From: Eutreptiella sp. 'Long Island Sound 2002'
Lineage: Eukaryota; Protista; Euglenida
NCBI GenBank assembly: GCA_964036045.1
Contig: OZ038379.1
Span: 11,594,001 to 11,658,000, forward strand
Length of the DNA stretch: 64,000 nt
Direction of reading: 5' to 3'
Shown: positions 1 to 11,492 of the stretch, piece by piece
Layout of the letters: the number at the start of each line of letters is the position of its first letter
How positions within the stretch are numbered: the stretch's first letter is position 1
Position numbers and translations under genes: made by a program
The notes under the pieces: generated by a model
What the model was told of the DNA's origin: nothing
Seen by the model: the letters and a program-made list of their open reading frames with translations, nothing else
The model's database searches: none

Positions 1-1418
1 GATGTTTGGGTGCCCTTCTCCTGTTCATAACAAGAAGTGCGGGCCCTTGGACTATGGGATCGCACGCAGTCCATGCCACACACATAGGTTGGTTGAACTC
101 GAGGAGTGCCATACACTTTCCAATCCGTTTTCGGGCACTTTCAATCTTGGTGTCACTCAAAGTCTTCATCGCTGCTGATGTGACAATGAGGCAAGCAAAC
201 CCTTCCACGTTAGAAGAGCCACAGGGTCCCACAACTGGGCAACAAGGGTGACTGCTGCAGGGCCAGCAGCAACATTCAAAATCCCAACAACCATGGCTCT
301 ACAGAAATCAGACAGAATGTCCAAATCTCCTCCAGCAGCAAAACGAAGGGCTGCAATGTCATGGGGCACAACGGACCAACCAATACACTTGCTCCATCTG
401 AACACAATGCGACATAAACAACCCAGCAATCAGGGTTTGTAGAATGACGTCTTCCAAAATTGCTCCCAGACCTCTTGGGATGCCCAAAACGAGTGTTTTC
501 AGCCTGTTTTGAGGCCGTCCTGCCCTGTGTGGCCCCCGAACAGTCCCGAAACCCTTTGAAAACGGGCCATTTGGCGCCCATAAGTGCGTTAAAAATGGGG
601 TCAACAACGGATTTTTCCAGAAATGATGGGGCTGTGTTGGTCCCATGTTCAGTCGGTTTTGCCATGTACGTATGGCATGCCCATGTTTGAGGAGTCCCAG
701 GGTGAATCCCCTCTGTTTTGAAAATAGAGGGGTGGGGAATCCATTTTTGAAGATTTTGGGGCCTGTCCGTAAATCCTCTGCCCAGAGATTCCGATTTTGT
801 ATCATTTTTGCCATGTTTTCACCAACATCTGGCAAGGCTGCATCCCGGGCATCTTACAGGCCCGATTCCTTCAAAATAGTGTCAATGGGAGGTCATATTC
901 ATTCAGAGTAGATTTGTTGCGTCTGATGTGTAGAAGCCATGTGCAAAGTGGCTCGACTCAACTCAACAATACTTGGCACAACCATCATGGGCACCCCCCA
1001 TGGTGCTGCCAGTTCGCATCAGGCTGCACAGGGGTGTTAGTGTTCAGATTAGCCAACATATCATTGGGATGAGGGGAGCTACTTTGCACATGGCTTCTAA
1101 ACATTAAAATGCAACCAATCCACCCTCAATGACTTGACCACTCACTGACAATATGTCGGAGGATTTGGGGGGGGGGGGGGGGGGAGCAAGGTCGAGACGC
1201 CGGGAGCTGAGCCAACAGCAGGTCGAAACCATGAAAAGTTCAAAATTGCGTCTTCGGTACTCAAAAATATGGCCTCAGGACCCCCCATGACGGATACCTC
1301 TTCGAATATCCCTTTTTTTGGAGATTTCAGCCCCCCCCCCCCCCCCCCCCAGTGACAATAATCTTAAGCAATTCGGCCGAAAAATTGACAACCCGTTTTG
1401 TGGATTACCCCCTCCCGT

Positions 1419-1800
1419 TTCTACAACGCGTATTTCTGTGTTCTACAATGCACAGTATTGCCTACACTGCATATTTCGTTTTCTACAAAATGACATGACA
1501 CACACTATAATTTCCACAATACGTAGTAAAGCGTTCTCCAACGCGCGATATATTTTCCACACGGCATAACAAATTTCATGCAAAAATGTTACATTCTCTA
1601 CAATGCGCATTCAATTGGCTACAATGCAGATTACATCTTCTACAACACACACTACATTTTCTTCGACATGCATTGACCTTTCTGCAACACACGCTACACT
1701 TTCGTTCGATTGTGTACCATTTCCACAACACGCCTTGCATTTTCTGCAGCACATGTCAACCACATTTTCTGCACTCCACATTGCAATTTTTGCAACGTGG
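1419..1800. repeat. Degenerate low-complexity minisatellite-like region (TTTCTACAA / ACAATGCA / CACACT motifs)
   Basis: Recurring ttctacaa, ttccacaa and tctgca motifs at irregular short spacing; the ORFs here are Cys/His/Leu-rich noise. Confidence 0.55.
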
Positions 1801-4800
1801 TACAGCCTCAACTGCTGATGGTGCATACCTCGATCCACTCCTTGCGGGTCTTCTGCTTTGGATGCCCAGCAAAGATGAAGCCATATCCTGAATAAGACAC
1901 AGTCAAGATGGCCATTGGTTTTGAGAGAAATACCATGACCGGAGATTCGTTGCTCTGGGATTGCTCACCAAGTAATGGGGCTAAACCACAGGAACTAGAG
2001 GAAAAGTGTGGTGCATAATTGTGTGTGTGTGGGAAATTGCCAAAAAGGCTCAGTAAATGTGCTGGTGAGTACTTCTGGGCGTATTGGTGGGTGAGAGTGT
2101 GTCAGTTGTCCATGTGATCACAAGGGGTGCTTCTGCCCCTGTGGCATCCCTGCCATGCTGGCGATGGCAACCTGTTCATGAAGGCCCTCCCAAGACTGTG
2201 AAGATATAGAGGGGGCTCGCCACTACCACTGATGTGGCAAATGTAGCACCGGGCCAGGAGGTTCCGGGCCACTGAGTCTTCTGAGGGGGGAGAGGAGGGG
2301 AAAGGGGCACAGGAATTCGGGAACGATGGGTCATTGAGCCACCAAATATCCCGTCAGATATTACAGTCTGCATTACAACAGCCCTCTGTCCTTCACTACA
2401 GCAACGAAGCAAGCAAGCAACAAGCAAGTCCACTGGCAGCTGTGTCAATCACCCCATCCCAACGCTGTGGGCTCAACTCTACTCCTGTCCCCTTATGCAA
2501 CCACATGTGCCCTGCCCTGCCGTAACCTGCCCTGACCTGAACAATCGCTGTGGGCTCCAAATTGGGAAAACACCCTGTGGAAACCGTCCAGTTCGGCGAC
2601 GTCCGTCCAGTCAAGTGTGCCCCAAACCGGCCACAGCGCAGATTTAGCGGTGAGTGTGCCACAGTTTCACTTCCCTTGCTGCGCCATTGAGGGTTGTTCC
2701 AGCCTCTACCTCCAAGACAACTCTGGGTCACGCCTCAATAACTGCCCCACGTGTCACAGGCCGCCCAACTTGTCCGATGGTGCCTCGAAGGCTCCTTGTG
2801 TTTGCAGTTGTTGCATCCAACAAAGGCGAATCTGCTAATTTGTGCTTGAATGCTGCACATTTGGGACTTTGGTGCCAAAACTTCCGCCGTAGTTTTGTGG
2901 CATATGCCTGTGGCAGGCGTTTTTCTTTTGTCAAGTGCCTTGAGGTCCTCACATGCACAACTCCCAGCGATGGACTTGGACACTTGTGCTTCTCCTTTTG
3001 CTTGATCTCACTTGGGGTTCCGCCCACTTCAGAGGGCAAGTCGCAGATGAAAAAACCAACCTTGTTCAGCGACTAGCCACAAGTTCCAACTTTCAACACG
3101 GCTCCGCAGAGCGTGAGGCGACCTATTTCGCCACGGTGGACGATATCTTTGGCTGTATGGCTCGGAATCCGAATTTGACGGCACGTACTCTGACCGCCAC
3201 CACCCCCACTTTTTGCAATCTGGACCCTGTCCAGCGTGTCCCTAACCCCATCCCAATCGCTGGACATACCCTGCCCAAATGACTCTCCAAAGGTGCCCCA
3301 ACGCGGACCATTGGAGCTATATTCATGCGCCAAAGTGCACGCACAAGCGCATACATGCAAGCCTACCCGCACCTAGGCCGAACATGCACATCGCGCACTG
3401 ATACCATTCAGGTGGGGCCCACGCGAACTCTGAGATCATGCTGCTGCTGGGCACTGTGCCGTGGTCCAGCAGATGAGCCACGAAAGCCTCCGTGACGATC
3501 AGAATGTTGTTGTGCACTGCTTTGTCGTAAGCTTGGGTGGTGTGCCCTTTCTCACCACAGACCAAGTGGGTTACCTGCCAGGACATTGGGACGGAGGCTG
3601 TTGGAACGATTCCATCATCTGACATGGGCATGCAACTCAAAGATGTGGTACTTTCGTGTCCTCTCTACAGCTTCGTATAGTGCAATGAAAACGCATTTTT
3701 TACGATGGCTGCTGGTAAAGAGGTTGCGGATAGGTGTTATTGCAACGCGTAGACACAGGTCATGCTTTTGCACTTCGCGCAGCACACGTCTGCGCTGTCC
3801 CCAGCATCCAGGGACGAATTTGGTGAAAATAACATAAAAAGAAGAGAAAGATGATGCACAAGCAACTTGCACCACCATGCATGGCAAATCTGTTTCAGAA
3901 ATTTCGATTATTCCACTCTTGTGGCTCAAAACAGCCAAGCCCTTTAGGATCACAATGGCAAGGGTAGAATCCTGTGCCGATAGCTGAACCCCCCCCTTGC
4001 CCGAAAAACAGCTGTCGAAAATTTCATTATTTTTCGGGCCCCGGCTTGACAACACCTTAGTCTCCTTTGGGCCATTGTCCTATGTAATAAGGTGGTGCTC
4101 ATATCTAGACTCAACATTTACATAGCCACTGATATTGCATGCTCTGTGTGTTGCGTCTCCCCCAATTGTTGTGTCCGTGGTCAACAATGATGTCCTAGGT
4201 GCAAGCACTTCCATTTTGCAAACTTCGCTCAAGTTTGCATACCAACAATCCCAGATTCCAACATTGTGCCCAAATTTCCCATGCACAGTTTGGTGTCAAA
4301 GCACAAACCTCAATGTGATGACGCTCATGCACTGTACCTATTCTCAAGTGCCTGGCACCTTTTGGCCCAAGTGGGTGGATGGCTAACACAAAATGTGCGG
4401 CATGTGTGTGATTGAGCATTCAAGCATTGTCTACATAGGCTTTGCAATGATGCATCTACACTCCATCTACCACATACACACACGAGCAAGAGGATAAATA
4501 ATGGCCAAATGAGTCACACAAGGTAGCAACAAGGCCACTCACTGCCTTGTCCAATTGGCAAGTCAAACACACACAACACTCAAACAACACAATACCAACA
4601 CAAAAAAAAGACAACACAAAACAAGAAAGCACAAAAGGTGGTAAGCATGCAACTTATTCTAGGACACCTACAAACCGCCACAAATACCCAAACTCAACAA
4701 ACAACAGACCACACAAAGAAATTACGCCTGCATAAAAAAAGGGCCAGCAACTATTAACTCCAACAGCTGGCGGGCAGGCTTGCGGCGGAATTGACCTAAC

Positions 4801-4995
4801 GGCTGGCCACCACCAACAACACTATGTTGACATAGCCCAAAGAAAGACCGCCCATGTGGTTCAAGGTCATGCCCATGTTATAGCAGCCCCGCCCCCCCCA
4901 AAAAAATTGGGCATCTATCCTACCACACATTGCAACTGTGGAGTCTTTTGCATTGCAAGCTGGACAGGTTTTCATGAAAGTAACCAAAAAAAGAG

Positions 4996-5792
4996 CAAAT
5001 TCGTGCTTCTGCTTTGGGGAGCAAGCTCTTTCCTCGCTGTGTCTTTTTCCCAATCAGGGTCTTTGGTGGCTTCAACACAGAGCACGAGGGCATCTGGTGG
5101 CCAAACGCGACTCCTTGAGTGTTGAACGGAATATTGAGAACGACTTGGAACTGTACACAAATGTGCAGTGCACATAAAAAAAGAGCATCCTCCAAGCATC
5201 CGTCCGACGCAACGACACAAACAACGTGCGCGAAACAAGCTTCACCTGCAAGGAACGAGTGGAAGCACGTCCTCGTCAGGAATAGTCGACGTACGATGTG
5301 CGAAAGCCGTCGAAGAACTGCAGAGACGAATTCACGACCTTGTGGCGGCACTCTGAAGACAAAAACAACATTGTGGACTTCTCTGGCACTTGGTAGAGCT
5401 GGTGTTTTGTGTGCATTGCTGGATTCGGACCCCTTGGAGCTACATACTGGATGCAAACAAAAAAAGGATGCATTTGAACTGTGTTGAACTCTCCACTGTT
5501 TGAACACAAAGCAACACAAAAAAGGTAACGACACAAATTCGTGCTTCTGCTTTGGGGAGCAAGCTCTTTCCTCGCTGTGTCTTTTTCCCAATCAGGGTCT
5601 TTGGTGGCTTCAACACAGAGCACGAGGGCATCTGGTGGCCAAACGCGACTCCTTGAGTGTTGAACGGAATATTGAGAACGACTTGGAACTGTACACAAAT
5701 GTGCAGTGCACATAAAAAAAGAGCATCCTCCAAGCATCCGTCCGACGCAACGACACAAACAATGTGCGCGAAACAATCTTCACCTGCAAGGA
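4996..5792 (+). repeat. 259-bp direct repeat, two copies (4996-5254 and 5534-5792), 538-bp offset
   Basis: Near-identical sequence from caaattcgtgcttctgc to cacctgcaagga in both copies; duplicated peptides appear in the ORF track. Confidence 0.95.
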
Positions 5793-6102
5793 TTCGCGAG
5801 GCACGAATGGAAGCATGTCCTCGTCAGAAATAGTTGACGTATGACGTACGAAGCCGTCTCGTACGAAGCCGTCTAAGTGAGAGTTCGCGACCTCGTCGAG
5901 GCACTCTGAGCGATGAGAGCTAGCCACGTCTCGGACCTCTTGAACGTTGAAGGAATCCGTCTGGTGGCAAGCCACCACGTCGGTAGGCACGTCGGAGTGA
6001 TCGTTGAAAACAGACAACCCGTACTTGGAAATGGTCCGGGCCAACACGTGTATCTCGTCACCAGCAATCAAATACAGAATGGGAATCCCCCGAGCTCCCA
6101 GC

Positions 6103-6290
6103 TCCCCCGAGTCTCGCTTTGCCTGCTTCCCCAAGCGTAGCTCGGGGCATAAAAAGGTACGGCGGATCCCCCAAAATTCGCTTCGCCTGCACGGCTCCCC
6201 CAAGCGCAGCTCCGGCCATAAAAAGGTAAGGCAACTCCCCCGAGTCTCGCTTCGCCTGCAAGGCTCCCCCAAGCGCAGCTCTAGGCATCT
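6103..6290 (+). repeat. ~63-66 bp tandem repeat, about 3 copies
   Basis: Repeated ...tcgcttcgcctgca..gctccccaagcgcagctc..g.cataaaaaggta unit. Confidence 0.8.
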
Positions 6291-6598
6291 CCACAAGTCC
6301 CATGTTCTGGTGGAGAGACCTTGAGCAAAAAGGTAAGGTGAAGGCACACCCAACAAAGAGCAAAGGTAAAGGTCAGAGGTAAAAGGTCAAAGTGCACACA
6401 ACAAAGAGCAAAGGTCAAGTTCCAAGGTCAAAGGTCACAAGGGTGCAAGTCAGTTTGGAGATGATGCAGGTCACTGTGGAGAAGGTGTAACTGACAGCAA
6501 GCAGTAAAGGCAAAAGAAAGCACCTAGCAGCCTACAATGCGACGACCAAACATGCCAACTAATTTGCCTAACTGCAATAATTATGTATTATGTATACA

Positions 6599-7915
6599 TG
6601 AACTAACAAGCGTAGCGTCATGACACAAGAACTTTTGCGGAGTAGCTGCGGAGTAGCGGCACGAGCAGACAATTGGGTTTACGGTGGGTGCAAAAGTATT
6701 GAAATGCCCTCCCTTTAGCATTTACAGCATGAGGGCAAACACCTACGTACTATGCAATTGAACTTTATGACACTTGCTACTAACATCGGTGCTTGCACTC
6801 CATCATTTTGCGTTGATTCCAAAGCACAATATGCGGGTGAGACACATGCAGCCCATCCATGTCCTCAAAGCTTCACGATGCGTGACACTCAGATGGTTTA
6901 TGTTCATCCTTGCTTCAAGAGACAAATACAAAACCTTAAGGCTCCCAATTAGGAGGTGTGTTCAAATTCACCCGGATAGTACATGGAAGGGTGAATTGTA
7001 CAACACAATGCAAAGCAAGCGAGCAGCGCTCAAAAGCTCAAAGACATGGAACTCGATATAGACAGCAAAATGCGGTGCCCCATGTGCTGCTGGTCTCAAC
7101 ACCAATAATCTGATGGGGGGCACGGTACAAAAGGGATTGAAAACAGGAAAATGGACGACCCTTGGACGTCTCAGTTTGAATGGCATCGCATCTATACCAT
7201 AAACAATTTGTCATTTGGGGCACGCCAACTCTTCGGCAATCGCGAAGTCTCCCGAGGCAGAAGGAATACCTTCTCGAGCCTTCCGTAGGATGGGATCAAA
7301 ATTTTACCCGCGCCCGCAAGGGTCGGCCAAAACCAAAACCAAACAAAACCAAAATTTGGTGCCACGCACAGGTTAGCAGCTGCTACAAGCGGAAAAGTAA
7401 GGATGCGGGCTTCAATGGGGGAGAGCTGATGAAAATGTTCTCAAATAAAATGCATCCGGGCTGCACCCGTGACAAGTGGTAAAAGAGCCTTCTCCGTTCT
7501 CAAATTGTGCAATGCCAGTAAGGGAAACCACTTCAAGTGATAGCGACATCCACACGATGCAAGCCAATCCACCCTCCACCATTGAGTGCAAAAAGTCCAA
7601 GATATCGCACTTTTGATGCCAATTCAAACGAAAGCGGATGGTTCGCCGCTGCTGTGCATAGCGCATGACGTCGTGCCTGCAAAATCGTTCAAAAACCCAG
7701 TTCAGCCGCAAACGGTGGTCACTAGCGAAAAAACATGAACACGACTCTCCAATACGGCCATGTGGTTGGTCGGCATGGCAAATCCCTGCTCTGGCACTCC
7801 CGGGAACCTAGTGACTTGGGAGGGAATGGGCCCAATTGTGGTGGTAGCTCACGTGTTCCCTTTGCAAGATTTTGTCCTTCATGCAAAACGGAAAATCTTT
7901 GAATCTTTGAATTGA
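6599..7915 (+). repeat. Left arm of long inverted repeat (~1.32 kb); contains the empty target site of the YR retrotransposon at ~6939-6940
   Basis: Reverse complement matches 9832-10733 joined to 15781-16120 almost perfectly, apart from a 74-bp indel (7761-7834) and a few SNPs. Confidence 0.95.
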
Positions 7916-9831
7916 GCCGCCAACCTAAGCTTGGTTGGGGTTTGGATACATGTGAAAAATTCCTAGATCATCGAACAAAGGTTCTGTACTCCGTTTCCCA
8001 TCCGGAGCCCCCGTTTGGCGTGAAGATTTCCCCGACAACTTTACCACAAGAGCACACACCCGAGGCATTCGTTTAGCGGAATTAGACGCAAGGTTTTGGT
8101 GGAAGCCCCGTTTTTGGTGCGGGAACATGCATCGAGTTTACTGAAGACGTGCCGCGAGGTACATGTTGCTTCACGGATGAACTTACCGTGACCGGCAGTG
8201 CTGAGGATGGCCTGAAGGGAGACGGGGCACGCAGTTTGCGCTCTTGTTGCACCGTGAGAGCGTGTGCTGGTGAGGGTTGTACTTGTTGGGGTACATAGGC
8301 TCACCACCACTAGCGGAACACCACTCCGCTGTTGGACAGAGTGTTTGCACTTCGTGCTGAAAGGGGTATTGCCGTGTGGATCCCCAAGGGAATGTGCATA
8401 TCCCAAGATGTTCCCTTCATAAAGTCCGTTCCGGACCCTGGCAACTCATTCCATTTGAAAAACTCCGTTCCAGCTAAACTCCATTCCATTCCATTTTGAA
8501 ACTCCTATCCCAAGATCTCGAATATTCTTGTCGTACTGCAGAATTTGTGTTAAATAAGGAATAATAATGGCCTCGGCCACCGCGGGCTTTTTTCCTTATC
8601 CTTATGTTCTAATAATGTGTTTTGTAGAGCCAGGATGTTTTCCTAATTTTCTAATGGAGCCCAACCTCAGGGATGTATTTTGATGTGTTCCTCATTCTTT
8701 GCTTCGCCGCCTTCGGCGGTATTGTTCCTTGAATGAATGCACATAAGCATGCATGGGCACAAAGCAGGCACAAAGCGTAAGAGGGAATTCTGAATGTGCT
8801 AAGCACGGCTAACCAAGGACGTGCAGCGAATCACGTCGCACATCTGCTCCCACCAAGTATGTCAGAGCCGACTTGTGCCGAGGCTGAGCCTTTTGGGCAG
8901 TGATCGAGTAAGGCAAGCCCAAGGCACCAAAACCAGAGCGGCAATTTCATGAACGCAAATTCGGGGTGCGAAGCACAAAAAGTTTTTTCCCACCTAGTGC
9001 TGTAGTGTGTCTCCAAGCACTTGTTGTGGAATCCGTCCCCTGGAGTTGAGGCACCGGCACTTTAATGAGGATAGTGATGAGGATGATGAGAATGACCCAG
9101 CTTGGGTTGATTTCATGGTAGAGATGGGGAGGAAGATGAGGAGGTTCAAGAGGAGGAGGACGATGACAATCAATTGCCGACCAATCTTGCTGATTGATAG
9201 CTTTAAAGCTACTACCACCCGCGGTGGACGAAGTACATGCATTCGACCCAAGTACTCATGAGTTTAGTGTCACATGTGGACAACGCCGATGTTTTGGCTG
9301 CTGTCGGATCTGTGGCAGATTGAAACTCAGGTATCACACCTGGGTGATCGATCAATCACTCTACTGTATATACAGGTCAACACAGTCAGGCACCGTTTTG
9401 GTGCCTTCGCGGTCCCCACAGTAGCCACAGAAACGGTCAAGCGGGTAACCGGGCAGATCACGGAGTGTCAAACCACCAGGTGCCAGTATGCAATTTGCAG
9501 CCTATAGAACGGCGCTGGGGCCGCCAGCGGCAAGCTGTGGCAAAGCGCGTACAAAAGTACGAACTAGAGTCTCTGTACACAGAGCGCAGACGCTACGTAA
9601 TTCGCGGTCGTCTCTGGACGATGTCTGTGTTGCGGCGTTCCTGACACATTTGTGGGATGCGGCTAAGTAAGGGATAAGTCCCTTACTTAGCCGCGTCATC
9701 TTTTCTCCTCAGTATCTGACAGGACTTTCAGAAATTGACACAATGTTGGAACCGGATTTTTTAGGATCACATTTCTGATTCTGATTTCTATCTATTGCAG
9801 AAATTTGGCAATTTCAGAATGCATTTTTTTA

Positions 9832-10731
9832 TCAATTCAAAGATTCAAAGATTTTCCGTTTTGCATGAAGGACAAAATCTTGCAAAGGGAACACGTGAGC
9901 TACCACCACAATTGGCCGTATTGGAGAGTCGTGTTCATGTTTTTTCGCTAGTGACCACCGTTTGCGGCTGAACTGGGTTTTTGAACGATTTTGCAGGCAC
10001 GACGTCATGCGCTATGCACAGCAGCGGCGAACCATCCGCTTTCGTTTGAATTGGCATCAAAAGTGCGATATCTTGGACTTTTGCACTCAATGGTGGAGGG
10101 TGGATTGGCTTGCATCGTGTGGATGTCGCTATCACTTGAAGTGGTTTCCCTTACTGGCATTGCACAATTTGAGAACGGAGAAGGCTCTTTTACCACTTGT
10201 CACGGGTGCAGCCCGGATGCATTTTATTTGAGAACATTTTCATCAGCTCTCCCCCATTGAAGCCCGCATCCTTACTTTTCCGCTTGTAGCAGCTGCTAAC
10301 CTGTGCGTGGCACCAAATTTTGGTTTTGTTTGGTTTTGGTTTTGGCCGACCCTTGCGGGCGCGGGTAAAATTTTGATCCCATCCTACGGAAGGCTCGAGA
10401 AGGTATTCCTTCTGCCTCGGGAGACTTCGCGATTGCCGAAGAGTTGGCGTGCCCCAAATGACAAATTGTTTATGGTATAGATGCGATGCCATTCAAACTG
10501 AGACGTCCAAGGGTCGTCCATTTTCCTGTTTTCAATCCCTTTTGTACCGTGCCCCCCATCAGATTATTGGTGTTGAGACCAGCAGCACATGGGGCACCGC
10601 ATTTTGCTGTCTATATCGAGTTCCATGTCTTTGAGCTTTTGAGCGCTGCTCGCTTGCTTTGCATTGTGTTGTACAATTCACCCTTCCATGTACTATCCGG
10701 GTGAATTTGAACACACCTCCTAATTGGGAGC
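9832..10731 (-). repeat. Right arm of long inverted repeat, inner part (interrupted by the retrotransposon)
   Basis: Reverse complement of ~6941-7915; identical peptides on opposite strands in the ORF track (7180..7482+ and 10190..10492-). Confidence 0.95.
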
Positions 10732-10806
10732 CTCGTGTTTTGTGCTTGCTCAAAACACTGGTTTAACTTAATTACCTCTTCATTAGGCATTTGTCAGTTT
10801 GTTCCC
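10732..10806 (+). repeat. Split direct repeat A1 (75 bp)
   Basis: Matches 15259-15333 with one mismatch. Confidence 0.95.
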
Positions 10807-10814
10807 TTTTTGCC

Positions 10815-11492
10815 ATGTCTGGGCTTCACGGGAGCAGCGGGATGCAAGAGGACGCAATTTTTGTGTCCGACGATTCACACGCGGAATCGGGTACGGCCAA
10901 GGAATTGGCCGAGTTGAAGGCCATGCTCCGTCGACAGGATGCGGAGGTGGAGCGCTTGAGGGTACAATTAGCCGCCACGGAGATTGAAAAGCGCGAGGAC
11001 ACGGAAATCCCGGACCTCAACTTGGATGGGATAGAGGAGTTTTTGAAGAAGGAAAGAGTCACGGTTTGGATGAAGGATGCATGTGCGGTATTAAAGCAGT
11101 ATGTGACGGCGGTTCCGAAGCCGAGTAGGCCAGCAGACGTGGGAGGTAAGCAAGGAGAACAATTAAGTCTCGGAGATGCGTTGGCGTACAGAATGTGGAA
11201 AGTCCTCATTGTTGCACATGCGACTTACGTGAAGAGGTATTCGCCGGGACAAGCATCGGGGCCCAAAGGAAAGTCGGAAAATTTTGATGAGGCCATGGCG
11301 AGTGGCGGGGATTCCTGGAGATACAAGAGTATTCAATTCAAGAAACGGGACGGGGTAGCCTACTGGTTATCCAAGGCCGGAGACTGGATACCGGTGGACG
11401 CACAACCCAGCGAAGATTGCCGTAGATGCACGGCGGCGGGAAAGCTGGAGAACTTGCGGTACTGGTGTTTCCGGTGCCCATTGTGGTCGTGA
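10815..11492 (+). CDS. Gag-like protein (coiled coil plus C-terminal Cys motif)
   Basis: ATG just after A1; heptad segment AKELAELKAMLRRQDAEVERLRVQL; C-terminal CRRC...YWCFRCP resembles the zinc-binding motif of YR-retroelement Gag-like proteins; first-ORF position. Confidence 0.75.
   Translation: MSGLHGSSGMQEDAIFVSDDSHAESGTAKELAELKAMLRRQDAEVERLRVQLAATEIEKREDTEIPDLNLDGIEEFLKKERVTVWMKDACAVLKQYVTAVPKPSRPADVGGKQGEQLSLGDALAYRMWKVLIVAHATYVKRYSPGQASGPKGKSENFDEAMASGGDSWRYKSIQFKKRDGVAYWLSKAGDWIPVDAQPSEDCRRCTAAGKLENLRYWCFRCPLWS

Noticed and set aside
166-1070. Minus-strand broken frames that might be an RT/pol relic
   Set aside because: No recognisable catalytic motifs, and the frames are interrupted by many stops.
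6968-7711. Short ORFs within the inverted-repeat arms (e.g. 7180-7482)
   Set aside because: Seen twice only because the DNA is duplicated; no domain signal, and one frame differs between arms.
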